A stretch of 64,000 nucleotides of DNA from NCBI GenBank assembly GCA_964016885.1, contig OZ024753.1, positions 32,922,001 to 32,986,000 on the forward strand, written 5' to 3'. Numbering within the stretch: the first letter of the stretch is position 1; the number at the start of each line of letters is the position of its first letter. A program made the translations under genes and the position numbers. Shown here piece after piece: positions 13,436 to 27,773 of this stretch. Source of the DNA: Eledone cirrhosa (Eukaryota). The notes below the pieces were generated by a model. The model had not been told where the DNA came from. It was given only the letters and a program-made list of their open reading frames with translations, and did no database searches.

Positions 13436-16408
13436 GTTGTGTCGTTTGTGAATAAGCACTGGATTTCCCAATAGAGAAACACAAATGCATATATACTAAT
13501 ACAATGCTTTATAGATATTATTTTACACCCACCTTCACATATTTATGTAAGATATAATTTATTCATTAAGTGAATGTGGGCGATATTCATTTTCCATTCT
13601 TATATTGTAGACATTTTGAAGTTGTCTTTCAATTTTCCTTATTCTTAATATTCGTATATCTTTATATATATTTCTTCTCCAGGAACCCAGTTGTATAGAA
13701 TACTTATGCTTTAAGTTGATTCAGAATTTAAACAAAACAAAAAAGAAACGATTTGTATAACTTTCTTGAATGCATTCCATACATATTTATATAATTTCCT
13801 CCAAGTAGAATATTATTCACCCATATGACAATTACATCATAAAGGACGTGTATCGTTCACTCTGAATGTATTAGTATGTCCTTTACTTCAGAAACAACGG
13901 TGCTATGTGTTGGATGTTTATAGATAGAAATCAATAAGTGAAAACTTGCTGGCTGTTGCGGTGAATCATGTGCTTAGATGAAAACTATAATGTTTATCGA
14001 AAGCCGACAGCCTGATGGGATTTCTGTGACAAAGACACAGGCAATAACCATTTCTTTGATAATTATTTCTTCTAGAATGAGTAAATAGTGCCAATAATTC
14101 TTTTCGAAAGATGATATTAAAAGTGGTCCCAGCAGACACGTAAAAGCGACTTTATATCATTAATATTAAGAACTATTCCACAGTAATTTTATATGGAAAT
14201 CAAACTGTAATATATTTATTCCTGGCTGAGGTTCTTCGCGACCGAACGTTCGTCGCATTATTTTAGCTACTAAATATTCGTTGCAAATTTATGTACTTTG
14301 CAATTCAACAAAGATATTTCTCTCGTAAATCTCTCATTTCGATTATGTAAAAAAAGTTTTGAAGCGAGGGAGTTACAAATATCCCTGCATTGCTAATAAT
14401 ATTAACTGAATAAAATGAAATTGGATCTAAGATATTTTCTAACATTGTGCTCCCGAGTATCCATTAGTATACAGGCTATGGCACTCTTAAAACTATATTA
14501 TAATAATTCATGGAACACAATTGGTGAAGAGCAAATGCTCTAACAGTTTTTCTGCCATCAGTATTATCTGTCAACCTCTCTCTATATTTATAACTTACTT
14601 CGAGAAACCCGGAGTACCTAGGAAGGTGTACGCCAGTTGGTCATGTACTTAATATGACATAGTATATTTACCTTATTATATATTGTAGGCTCTTTATTTA
14701 GTGATTACAACCACACAGTCAGTCAACAGAGTGTGTGTGTGTACTTGACCGGTACTATATTATATCGAGCCCGATAGATCAAATGAAAGATTACCTCGAC
14801 GGGATTTGAACAGAGCACATATGGCTGAAATGAATGCAACAATGCATTCTACCTGACGTTCTAAAACTCTGCCAATTCGCAATAAAATATAAAAACCAGA
14901 ACAAATAACACAGTGGCATTTTAGCCGACACCCTACTAATTCTGTCAATACAGCACATTCATTATGTACTAATAATATTAACATTCCTAGTGATTCAATA
15001 CACATTGAATACCCGACATATTTTAAGGCTGTTGTGTGTAAAAGAAACAAATATTAACATTGTGTTTAATACCAGACAGTGTGAAGTAAAATACGTTAAA
15101 CATATTAGTTAGCAGGCAGAAGTGTTTTTTTTATAAATAATAAATGCATATGTATAATTTATAAACTACCTTGTTGGGTGGATGATAACGTTTTCATGTA
15201 ATATTTATAAACTAAAATGCACAGTTATTCTTCGCCATTCACCAACAATTTATATTTAGATTTCGAACATTTCAAACTCTTCAGAAATGGTGTTGCTTGT
15301 TGCATATGATTGAATGATTTAAATTGACGCTGTTTCAAAAGAATGGATTGAATAGTTTGAAGTAGAGCCCGAGGATGGTTTCAGAAAGAGACAAATGGTA
15401 AATCTATTTCAAATAATGAATAACTCCAATAAATAATTTCTGAAATAAAACAAAAATTTCAATATTATAATTCTTCGAAGTGATAGAGTTGTCATAACGT
15501 CGGATTTAATGCATTACCACATTAGATCTGGCTCTCTCTCTATATATACGCACTAAGATCTATTCGATCCGAGTTTATATTTGCTTTCATCCTTTCGGAG
15601 CTTGATGTGTTAGTTATCTACCAGTTTAATATTGGGGAATTGGCGAAATTGTTAAAGTGTTGAATAATATGCCTTGCAGAATTCCCTCCGTTTCTCTTTA
15701 TTTATCTTAAGTGTATAACTCTTGTGCTATAAATTCAAATTATATTTAAGAGTTAAAGGGTTTTAGATTATTCTGTGCTTCCGTGAGTTAGTGGTAACTG
15801 CCGTAAATCTTTCATTTCTATCTCCTATAAATAAAAGCAGCTAGCAGATGGTGATGTCTTATGTATACGGTATAACAGCGGAGTGTTTACTGCTGACTCG
15901 TTAATATAATGAGTTATAGGCATCATTATATATTTATATGGTTTCTCCATGGTAGTATGAAGAGTTAAACAACATGAATTGTATAATATTAGAATTAACG
16001 CCACGAAAAGATTGTACTATGTTAGAAAGAGGGAAGCGATATAGTTAGAGAGGTGAAGGGAAGACCAAAAAGACAGATAGGCAGATAAAAGTAAAGATTA
16101 AGATAAATATAGATAGTAAAATGCATAGCTATAGAAAACAATGATAAAACACAATGATATGGTAGTAGATAACTATAGAGGAAGACATAGCAAAAGCAGG
16201 AACATATCAATATGAACAAATGAAATAATCAGTAGCAAGATGTAGGACACGAAATACATACATTCCAAAGAATCTATCCTCTGGATTTTTTCGGAATACA
16301 GGAAATAGTGGTCAAATAAGGAGAAATTACAACTCTTTCTAAGAAAGAATACCTAGTTTATCTTGTTAAACATGTTATTCCTAAGTATTTCTCTGTTTAT
16401 CGAATATG

Positions 16409-16461
<53 letters not shown>

Positions 16462-18190
16462 AAACATTTAAAAATTCACCACGAATATACACAGATGCTT
16501 TCGTTGAATTATGCTTGTAAGTACTTGAGTTTAGTAATTTCTGTGACAACTAAATTCATAAGCACATATATGTATGTTTGCATTAAAGCACACTTGTTTC
16601 ATGCACATATAATTTACATGGTGTACATTGTGAAACATTTTATCAAAGCATTTAAATTCACATTATATAAGGCATTAGCAATATACGTAGCAAAGGAAAT
16701 GCAGATAAAATTACATTGACACATAGCTAAATAAAAATGCACTGAATGCATCATTTCGATTAAGAATAAAGTAAACATGAAAATTTGATAACATGATGTA
16801 TGCAGAAAATGATAGTGTTTGCATTGATAGATGAAAGTCCTGTCATGTAAGAAATGTAACCAAGTATGCGAGGAAATCAAATTCTGAATTAAATAAGTTT
16901 CAATTTAGATAAACACATCGTCCAGTAGATAAAATAAATACAACAAAATAGAATTTACTCTAAACAAGCGAATCGATAAATGCACAAGGCAAAACTCCTG
17001 TCAAAACATCCTAATAATAGTGATGAGGCAATTTTTTTACAAAATGCACATTTTTCAGCAAATGAAAATGTTGCTAAGGTTATTTTGAAGGGTGTTATCC
17101 AATTATTTGTAGTAAAACATTTCAAACTACAATAACAGTTTGCCAACACTTATACACATTTCGCATTTCTTAAACAAATGATGGCAAATATAAGCTTTGG
17201 AAGGAACCAATTCGGAATTATATTTTGGTAAATCAGCAAAACACAAGTGATGTGAAAAATATTGACGTAACTGAAGCAAGATGAAATACTCTGATAACAA
17301 TACGTTAACCTAACTTAAACAAAGAAGTCAAATATAGTTTTAGGGGTTGTCCTTGTTTGATAAGTGACTTAGTCACAAAGCTTGTGTTGAAACAGAAGTA
17401 ATTTTCCCAGTGGGAAAAGCAATTTAGTTTAGAAGAACAACACAAAAACTGTGGATCTAACAGCGAGTAGGTGAGAGGATCTTCAGCCAAGAATGGGGAC
17501 GTCATCATTCAAGGTCACTAGCAGCTCATGAAGTTCTGGTCCCACGTTTTCAGTGGAGGCCTGAAAACACTTTGTGATGTACTTTACATTCACGTCAACG
17601 TTTTGGCTGCACTACTACAACCTGGTTACTGACAAAATTCCCTGTTGGTTCTATAGGTTTCAAATAAGTATTGTTGTGATTTACTATCGGGTTCGTGCTT
17701 ATTAAACATACCTAAAGGGAAATCATTGATATTACAATACAAAACTGTTAGGGTAAAAGCTAATTCTAGTTAAAAACATCATATAGAAGCGTTGTATATC
17801 CCTACGTTATAAAGTAGTTGCATAGTCGATCTAATAAACTGAATAAGTGGTACATTGTATGTAAAACATGTTGGGGTAGAGTGTGTTAGTGCATACATGT
17901 AAAACGTAAATAATTCCATTATAACTGCAGGTAAAATTCTGTAGACCCAGCGGCGCAGTTTTCTGGCCAAAAGGTAGACGTGAGGAGGTATGTCCAGGGG
18001 GGGGGGGGGAATTCAGTGCATTGTCTTTGATGCTGACTATTCCCCAATCTTTCAATTATTATCATCTCCCTACATTTAACTTGGATTACCTTGCTCGGCA
18101 TGATCATTAAGCAGAACGACACATTGAGCTTCCCAGACCCTTGTTTAGTCAAACACTAATTGGATATCTGCATTTATAATTCTTTGCATA

Positions 18191-18264
<74 letters not shown>

Positions 18265-20715
18265 GACACACACACGTTAGTATACAGATGCAAACAGACA
18301 GACAGACAGACAAACACACACACACATATATATATAGTCACAGTCAACACATATGTGTGCAATAAATGTGACTCAACTAACACTACTGGGTTATCTCATC
18401 GGTAAATATTTGTTCATTGTTATCACTTAGTAACCCGAACAGTTAACGAAAGATACAAATATATAACATAATCACATGTCGTAGAGAATATGACAAACAG
18501 GACTTAGTAAAATATTGATTTGATCTGACTTGAGTGTTTGTTCAGACTTGTTGACATACGGAGCACTGACTAAATAGTCTATACTGGAAATTAGTATAGT
18601 ACATTGTTACTGGATTCGGCAATGGTGTTTCATAGATTACTCCACAATATAATTCATATCATTTTAAACGCTGTTTTAAAACAATAATGTGATGGCCGCA
18701 AGGATCCAATGAATAATTGAGTAACAAATATTTATCACGTAAGCCATATATATTACAGGTTATGTTTAGATTAGGATATGGAAAAGAAAGGAAGGAAGCC
18801 TGGATTTACATCGGATCAACGAAACAATGTTCCGATATTGGACTTTCTAGTGCTTGTTCTATCTATCGTTAGAAGGGGCGGAATTTGAAGACTGAACGCA
18901 GAGATCCAGGTCAGACACCGTAAATTACCCCATCCGTTTCTTGCACAATTCCAGTAATCCAAGACCGCTGGACTTGTATATGATTTAATAACTCGGCATT
19001 GGTCGTCGGTGGGATCTAAACACCGAGAGCAGGAAAAACATATCGAGTCATTTAACGGCTACTGATGAAGTTTACGAAGAAGTACCAGTTATTTAGTACG
19101 CATTTCATTATGGCGATCTGCGACCCAGGTTGACTGAACTAACGATATGTATGTTTTAGCAATGAAGAATACAGTAGATGATAAACGGCGCAGCGTAGCC
19201 AAATGGGTAAGAAAAGAGCTTTGCAGTCAGATTCTGCTGGCTTTCAGTAACTGTCATTTAACATAACTACGGGTCGACACATGCCTTGTGAGTGAAATTG
19301 GATAAACAGAAATTATTTGAAAGCCCATTATATGGACTGTATATGTAATTTACGAGAAAGCTGTTGCATTGATCGAATAACTTGAGGGTTCATCGATGAA
19401 ACAGACGGAGATCCATTTCATTCCCCTTCTACGATAGAGGATGGGGAAAGTGTGAAACGTATCAAACACCAAACAGCCAGCTTCGCGAAAGTCAACTGCA
19501 ACTTTCCACAATTCACTGATAATTTAGCACAGATTTTATAAACACTGATTGGACGGTTCCGTTAATACCTCTCATCATATTTCGTCGTGGCAAACACTCG
19601 ATGTTTGAATACATCAAACCAAATTGGATGGAAAATATTCCTATCAGGTAACTAATGGATGTTATTGGCAATATTGTAATATACGTGGATCAAAATCCAC
19701 CTCCGTTTTCGATAACGTGACAATGATGATAAAGAATTTCCTTAGTATAATGTCACTTTGGTGATCTAAATATAGATGTTCGTTAGATGGAAGAGTAATA
19801 CATTTCTAACCATTCCTAGAAATAACATTGAAATGCATTAGTCAATGTGGTCGATAAAATACACCCTCCTAAGTGTATGCATGTGTATGTGTGCAGTTGT
19901 GTTAATACAAGTATGTACGCACCTCTCTGTATGTGTATTTATCTGCAGATATAACTACTAACCATTGTAGTCACAAATCCATGTGTGTCCATTTACATAC
20001 GTCGGACTTTTATCTAGTATTTAGTCAAGGAAGAAAAGGCGATGTCCATGACACGTTTCAGGGCTTGTAAAAGTCATGAGAACCTATATTGAATGTTTAC
20101 AACATAATACACTCCCTTAATGGGAAGCAAGGTCCATGTGATTTTATTAGGCTGGGTGATGGATTACATTTACTTCAAAAGGCTGTGTGGTTAGGGCAGA
20201 CGAGAGGCTAAGAGGTGGTGTTAAGCGGAGTGACGGTTTAGGTTTATTTGCTAGGTTGGCCACAGAGGGATTTGTACTTACAAGGCAAAGAGGCTAAATA
20301 AATACCGTAAGACACCTCGTCCGACCTTCTATACATTCCATCAATCCCAAATCCTGAATTGAGAGGTTGTTTCATCGATACCGTAAGAAGGATGGCACAA
20401 TATGAACTCGGCGTGATTTGAACTCAGGGGGCAGTGTTTCAGAACAATTACTACAAGACATTTTATCCTACGTTTTAACGGCACACCGCCGATGTAGTGC
20501 GATTGGTATCGATTACACTGGGATGTAATTAAACATAATAAACATTTTATTATAGCTTTTTTGTACGTCTGTACACTTTTAAAGATAAAAGAACGAGCAA
20601 AGACGGGAATACGGCGAATGGATAAACATTACTTCCCCAGCAGTTCAATATATTTCAATTACAGCCCAGAGGAAAAAAAGACGAAAGCGTTACCGAGGGG
20701 AACAGTCAATTTTAC

Positions 20716-20792
20716 CTGATGTATCAACCATTTCACCACACATGGTTCATTCAGCAGACGTGATGCCATCATCCAGATTTGGTGATAGAAAA
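20716..20792 (-). CDS. Candidate 77-nt exon (possibly start-codon-containing) of the same gene
   Basis: TTTTTATGCAG| acceptor and CAG|GTAAAA donor. One frame is open throughout (FYHQIWMMASRLLNEPCVVKWLIHQ); an alternative is MCGEMVDTS. Confidence 0.3.
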
Positions 20793-22533
20793 CTGCATAA
20801 AAATGAGTCGGTCAATCTGTGCCTGTTATCTTGTCACCTTCTGTTCCGCTGTATTGCGGCAGAAGCGTTGGTATTTGCACTATATATGCATTTGGATAGG
20901 GACACCTTTGGGCAAGAATATATTTAGGTAATGGCCTTTCTATATGTAAATAGTCGCCTCACTGTGTGCCTGTATACATGTATATGCATCCGTTTATGAA
21001 CGTGGTTATCTTACATCGCCTGATTAACTTATTAACGAAGGACTAATAGATTAGATTGGAAATGGGACTGAAATAGAAAATAATAAATATAGATGAAATT
21101 AAAATTAGATTTAAAGAGAAATTAACTACTTGAAATAGAAAACAAATCGTTTGATCTCCTTTGAAATACTATTTGTGAGACATGTTGACACTACATGATG
21201 TACACGATGTAACAACATATAGAACATCACACGTCGTTTAGCTAGACACAGATGCTTGAGTTTACGAGTCTAAAGGACCATCAATTTGTATCCTGTCATT
21301 AAATCTGATCTGTCTTTATTATCCAGTCCAGCTAGTTGGGAAAAGATACGTTGTACAGACATAACTGAAGAGGAAGCTGTAAAGGTTATTTTGAATAACG
21401 AGAATTTAGATAGCGTACGTTTAGTGGAAGCAAATGTTTCTCTGCGTCACTAGTTGCTATCCGGAGGGAGAAAAAACACCATTTGTCACCATGGTGCCTA
21501 TGTGATCAATCTAATATTTTTCGCCCCGATCCCGACAAAATAAAAATCCTGAAATATTTAAATAACTATTTAAGCTGTTTTAATGCCTCAGTCATTGGAA
21601 CACCCGAAGTCTCACCGCCCCACCATGAGGGCTCCCACGGTTTGCATTGAGGTTATGGGCTTTGAATCAGTCTGGTTTATTCTTTTACGGCCCCGAATTT
21701 GATCCATCCATCTCTCTCTTTATACATATATATATGCGGTATCATTTTGAATATCCAAAGGAATGGATATAACTCAGTCTTGTGTGAAATATTATAATGC
21801 GTCTTTATATAGTATTACATCTGTTTTATAGAACTATACATATATGTGTGTATATATGTATATAAACGTGTGTGCAGACATACATGTGTATATAATTAGG
21901 TAAACGCTTGTGTTTGCGTATGAGATGACAACGGTCGGATTTATCACTCGCTCGAAATCAATTTAGTTGAAGTAACACATGGAAATTACACAATCTCATC
22001 CCACTCTCGTAGACAAATTTCCGGCGCTGTGCCGAATTAATGTCAGTAAAAATAACATAATAATAATAATAAATATCTAGCACACCAGCATTTGAAAATG
22101 TGGTGTGATACATACCCAACATCCTTCCTCTATTGACATGTAGCATATTAAATCTTCTGACATCTATGTTGGTCAGGGAGGAGTTAGTATGTTATGTTAG
22201 AGACCGCGATGACAAATGAAAACAATGCAATATGTAACACATAGATGTCTACATTAATATTCTGGTAACGTAAGAAACACATTAATATCTATGTTATTTC
22301 GTCCTGCCTCAAATCGATTTTAGTACAGTCATCCGTTAACATAAAATAGTCCAGCGAGAGGGGGTGTTTTTGTTGTTCGTGTTCGCAGAATATGGGGAAA
22401 AATGAGATATTAGAACACATAAACTGAGCTAAAAGATAATCTCTGTATTCATCGATTTTTTTGGTGCTTTTGTATTTCAAGGAAAACCAATTTTGTAAGA
22501 TTTGTGGATGCATATATATTAATATGCGAGTTT

Positions 22534-22607
<74 letters not shown>

Positions 22608-23769
22608 CCTGTGAGGAGTGTAATCTTCTCGCCAAATTGAAGAACACAGAAAATGCATAGCAGCTTGGCTGGAGACAAATAATACGAATTTCTATTTATC
22701 TAGGCAAATGTGTTTCTTATATGTCAAATGTAAGGTTATGAATGAACGTGAGTTATAGTGAACTGTTTTCAGGAAAATTAAAAATTATATGTAGAATACA
22801 CATATAATATGATCGTAATATAATTAATCAATTGATTGGTTAATTCATTCAGTGAGATAGAAAAATGGAAAGGTTAAGTTGTGGACATTTAACTATCAGT
22901 ATTCTATTCAATTGCGCTAACACAGATAAAATATTTTTAGATTTATCTCAAAGATATTTATCGCTAAGTAAGCGATAGATTTATCACAACTTGCAAATGG
23001 GTGGTTAATTCGTTTCCGCTGAATGCATTTCAAAATGTCTCTAGACAATTTGCTAAAACATACTGTCTTCGTTTGTTATTGTTGTCGGTAATGGAGGTAG
23101 TAATGAGGATGGTTATCGTTAGGGTGGTGGTGATCAACGATCAAACAGACATATCCAACAATGCTTCAACCATGACCGTCAATTTATTTTAAATATCCAA
23201 GACTACATTATGGAATATACAATAAGATGTTAAGGCCAATGCTCCATGTCATATCAGGGCTTAGACCTGCAGGCCCCACGAAAGCATCATACACATCATG
23301 GAGTCCTTTCTGGGGAAATGTTTCACAGCTAGATGACCGTCGTGGTGCAACCCCTTTTATGACATACTTGGATACAGTGTACCTTTTCTAAAGTGGATAA
23401 ACATAGTGCATTATCCAATATGTCCTCCATCTTTTAATAAGATGCAAGTTTTTGGGGGTTAGTTGAGGCTTATATTTCTAGTAGGTGAAGCTATCGTACA
23501 GGCACCTCCAAATTAGGTTCGTTCTTTACGTAGCTTCAGTTTTATTACTTGGATGTGAAAACTCTAATCTGTTTCTGGTCCAGTTATTTCGAAGAAATTA
23601 GGTCAATTACAAATATATATTTCTACCTGGTGTTCTTATCGCTAACATAATCGATCATTAAAAGCCAGTTTGTAATTTGTGGGGCGGTGACAAGCTATTT
23701 TAATCACATTAAAATATTCGCTGGATATGGACATTTTATAAAACTAATTCGAATATAATATGATATCCC

Positions 23770-23945
23770 TCCTTTTCCTCTCATTTATGGCATTTATAGT
23801 CCTCTCCTCTACTTTCCCATACAGTCAGATCTGCTCTTCCTTTTACTCCCTCCCTCTTTTCTCATTACTTAATTTTGTTCTTATCTTTCTTTTTCATATT
23901 TCCATCATTGTATAGCTTATTTTTATTTATAATGTTATTTATATA
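23770..23945 (+). repeat. Diverged copy of the 7140-7320 3'-UTR-like repeat
   Basis: Shared gcatttata..cc..tcctcta.tttcc.atacag...ttacttaatttt...tcttt.tctttt.catattt..atcattgtata..ttatttt. Confidence 0.65.
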
Positions 23946-24679
23946 ACAGTGAATATTTAAACCCTTTTACATCCGTAAACTTAAAGAAAAATATAATATT
24001 CTGGATTCCAAATTGCATATACAATACACATGACATTGTCACATATTCATGGACACACATGCTATTGAATACATGCATAGTAATATAACTAACAACCGTG
24101 TACATATACTGCACATACGTATTTGTGCATATGTTACATAACGTATGCATATACATACAATTTCATATTCATGTACGTATTCAGCACATAATAAACATAT
24201 ATTTATATACCATTAGATACGTTTAGTTTTAATACGATATGACCGGCACTGACGTAATTAATTTGATTACATATTAAATTTTAAATATCTAGAATTGCAT
24301 CGGTCGTGAGTAAAACTCATCTTAATCAAATCCTTAGAATACCTGGAAATAAAATATTTTCATTTCGGAATAAATAATTAATAGAATGATAATGCAGTGA
24401 TATACTAGCCATTCTACTAAAGCCTTTATTATGAAATTCGTTCCATTTTTGACGTAAAACCATAAGCATCACTCATATACAAAACACATGTCTTTTATAT
24501 TAGAAAATCTCTGACTTTTCTTTTATAAACTTACATCTAACATGTCAATTTTTATATCTTACCGAATGTGTTTTAGTGCCTGTCTATCATATCAGATTTA
24601 TCAAATAAATTGTTACAATTTTAAATATATTTACACAACAGGCATATGAAGAATACAACAATAAACATACATGTCTAAA

Positions 24680-25350
24680 GATATTTGTCGTTTTTTGAAA
24701 TATAGTTTCCTACTTATGCTTTCTCAGTTCATATTGTTTCAGACAACAATCGTAATCGGCCATTTTACTAATGCTTCACTGGGCTAGCCTTTATATCTTT
24801 CTTCTATTATGTCAATATCTTGTTAAAAACACTTTTACTTCTCCATTTGATGCTTGCTTGCATTTCCAATACTTTTCCATGAAATAGGCAAGCTGAAACA
24901 GCACAAAGTGCATTTTCAATTTCATTCTACTACAACGATGGTGTTGAAAACTATCAATCATGCTTTCAACGATTCTTTCCAACAAAATATTTAAATGGTT
25001 GCTAGGCTTCTAAGTTCACTTCAGGTGTAGGATTCTCAAAAACGTCAATTTCCATCAATTCTCTAATTTGTAATCCAATAAATAATGCCAGGTGTAAAAT
25101 GCTTGTTAAGTTAACTTGTAGAAATTGTTGGCACGTGTATGTGATTGTTCTTATATTTTTTGTTTTATTAAAAGAGCTTTAAAAAAATAAATTGTTCGTC
25201 GATTCCAATGAAAATAATTCTCAGAAATATAAAATAAGCCTGTATATCCTATTTTTTTATCCTGCCGAGAAACCCAATTTGAATGCACATTTGTTGTGAA
25301 GAACGTACATAAGAATTGCTATCAAACATACAGAAAAAGACAGGAAACTA
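24680..25350 (-). pseudogene. Degraded Chapaev3-type (CMC) DNA transposase fragment
   Basis: Frameshifted remnants FIGLQIRELM, MKLKMHFV, QDIDIIEERYKG and KMADYDCCLKQ match the GIFVGPQIR / MSLKxHFL / FHQDI..ME.RYQG / MADYCW.LKR motif series. Confidence 0.7.
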
Positions 25351-26339
25351 CCGAAGTATATTTGTTATTCATTTTAAATCGATATAAAATCAAACAATTA
25401 TTCTACAGGTTTATCATCTTTTAGCTAAAATTCCATTCGTTATTTTTTTCTTCTTCATTTTCGTGAGTTTCACATACCGTTAGGAGATAGAGATGATTCA
25501 GATAAAATATACATGGCTATTACCCAGAGACAAACTATGTATGGAATTCTAATGTTTTCATGTAAACCTCAAATGTTTGTACACGAAACAAATGAGTTGC
25601 TTTCGGTATGAAACTTATAAATATTTGTTTTTTAAACAAAGTATTCATTTACAAGGGACTCTAAAAACATATATTACAACTATTAAAGAAAATTGTTAAT
25701 ACGCACAGATACACACATATATGTATATATAACTTTCTGTCTGTCTCTTCCTCTCCCTCAGTATATATATATATATATATATATAAATTCATTGCTTAAA
25801 CTTTAATCTGTTATTTTAATAAATATTTGTACTAGCGTTCTTATATATTTGATATATTTTTATCCTTATCGAGCCCTCTTTGGATTTTAGTCTTCACATT
25901 TATTACTACAACTATAACTACATATATATATATATATATATATAACCCGTAAAACAAAGGCACAGTCACAAAACAGACATGTACCTACAAAATCAAATTC
26001 TACTATAAATTGATCATTAATTCCTGCATTAAATATATAAAAACAAGTACGAAAGGAAATTAATGTTAAACTATCAGGGATAAACTATATATATAACACA
26101 AACATACAACACCTGCATAGAAAAGTATAGCCGTCACAAACAAACAATACGCTTCTAGTCCTGCAGAAGTCATTTCTATATATATACTCTACCAACGTAT
26201 AGAGTGCATTCATTAACTGTAATCACTTTCCCGATCCACTTCGGAAATCTGCCTATTATATATATATATATATATATATACCACGTGGGAAAGTAAAAAA
26301 ATTGGAGAATAGACCGTTAAAATATGTTTATTTAAAACA

Positions 26340-26382
26340 GCACCTACGTACGTTTCGCCTAGTTGGGCTTCTCAAGGGCATA
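26340..26382 (-). ncRNA. Non-canonical minimal hammerhead-ribozyme-like motif in the Penelope pLTR
   Basis: Minus strand reads gccCTTGAGAA-GCC caacta GGC-GAAA-CGTACG-TA-ggtgc, followed by AATAAA. Stem III is palindromic (ACGTACGT), typical of PLE dimeric hammerheads. The core deviates from CUGANGA. Confidence 0.55.
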
Positions 26383-26683
26383 AATAATCACAAGTGTTCC
26401 TTATATTGCTCGGAAAGAGTTTTGGGGGTTAAATCCACATCAAGGTTCATTGCTCGCAAAAATATCTTGTTTTGATTTTGCAGCAGGTCAAGGGAGGTAA
26501 CTCTGGCCGGTGTTAGGGCAGTCTTTCCCGGACAAACTTTGTTTGTTTTCTTTTGTTTTTTTTTGCCGCATCTGTTTGTCTGAGGCTGGGTGTGGTACGC
26601 ATGGATTGTTTCCTGGGTGTTATTTTGCAGCGCCTGCCCGCCGGGGTGTTAAGACTTGTTGCAGGGAGATCCGGTGTACGGTT

Positions 26684-27484
26684 TCACTCCTCATCCTTAA
26701 CCCATCTGAAGAAGGATATTTTTAAGCGATGTGTACAACTTATCGCTGTTTCAGCTCTGCTGTTGATGAGCTCGTGGGGTGCAGTTATCATGTGGTAGAG
26801 CTCCATGAGGCAAATATCGCATTTCCTCTTGAAGTTGTACGGTGCAGCCCTGCCGACAATCTCCCAGTGCGTGGAGAATCTGATGTTTAAGTCCTTTAGT
26901 GATGTGATGTAGTCCGCTAGCGAAGTGGAGTGCCTTAGTTTTCTATTTGTGAAAGAGTGGAGATGTGTTCGAAACCTAATTTTGAACGGGCCGGAGGTAG
27001 CCCCTATATAATGTTTAACGCTATTGTGGCTGGTAATAGTACATCTATATATAACCCTATCAGTCAAGCAGTATCCTCTAAGGGGGCAGCGTCCTCTGTC
27101 GCGGCAGTTGCAATTTCTGTCGCGGTTCCGTCTATTTCCCACGGTAAGGCTATCATTGTTGCTGCCTACGTTGTTACCTACGCTACCGCAGCTGTCGTTA
27201 GCACCATTACAACCCACAGCACGCGGGGTGGTGCGATTGTTATTCCGCACGTCATGTCCTGCATGTTCCCCAGTCATTACGCGGTTATGCTGGTTGCGTC
27301 TGCGGATGCCGTTGCCAACACTATTGGATGCTGCCAGGGAGTTGTTAAGGCCGATATAGTTATTGTCAGGTGTAGGTGCATCTGTGTCGAAGTGCTGTGT
27401 CTTGATGATCTTACTGTGGTTCGTTGTTCCTATGATGTCTGCTAGGTTAGGAGTAGTAGAGAAGGATATTTTTATATTGTTCCG
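26684..27484 (-). CDS. Penelope ORF C-terminus: end of RT thumb, long linker, Cys-rich motif and GIY-YIG endonuclease (truncated)
   Basis: The frame is open from RNNIKISFSTTPNLADII through CNCRDRGRCPLRGYCL..VIY...YIG...FK.R...H..SF...CDICLME...LINSRAE...CTH. Confidence 0.9.
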   Translation of the reverse strand, partial: RNNIKISFSTTPNLADIIGTTNHSKIIKTQHFDTDAPTPDNNYIGLNNSLAASNSVGNGIRRRNQHNRVMTGEHAGHDVRNNNRTTPRAVGCNGANDSCGSVGNNVGSNNDSLTVGNRRNRDRNCNCRDRGRCPLRGYCLTDRVIYRCTITSHNSVKHYIGATSGPFKIRFRTHLHSFTNRKLRHSTSLADYITSLKDLNIRFSTHWEIVGRAAPYNFKRKCDICLMELYHMITAPHELINSRAETAISCTHRLKISFFRWVKDEE

Positions 27485-27721
27485 GGCAAAACGTACGTAG
27501 GTGCTGTTTTAAATAAACATATTTTAACGGTCTATTCTCTGATTTTTTTTTACTTTCCCACGTGCTTACGCTCTGCTAACTCTCTAGCCCACTAAATATT
27601 AACACTTCGAATATTTAATACTGCCGGCATTAGTATCGAGCACCTTTGGCATACGCTACTTGGCAAATAACTATATGTATCACCTATCCCCCCCTTTTTT
27701 CTCTTTCTCGATACGTAAATA

Positions 27722-27773
<52 letters not shown>

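Larger units (their letters stand above)
26281..27723 (-). mobile_element. Penelope-like element (probably Naiad-type), 5'-truncated, with an inverted pseudo-LTR segment, in (TA)n
   Basis: GIY-YIG ORF. 26282-26359 is repeated in inverted orientation at 27484-27564. A hammerhead-like motif lies in the 3' pLTR and (TA)n flanks both sides. Confidence 0.9.

Noticed and set aside
17300-17700. Coding-looking, moderately GC-rich stretch
   Set aside because: Stops in the frames examined and no recognisable motif; possibly an unassignable TE relic.
26513-26686. Selenocysteine read-through of the Penelope TGA
   Set aside because: The TGA is not at a conserved Cys position and I see no SECIS; more likely the normal or a premature stop.
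26510-27445. Plus-strand ORFs of 71-162 aa
   Set aside because: Antisense shadows of the Penelope ORF.
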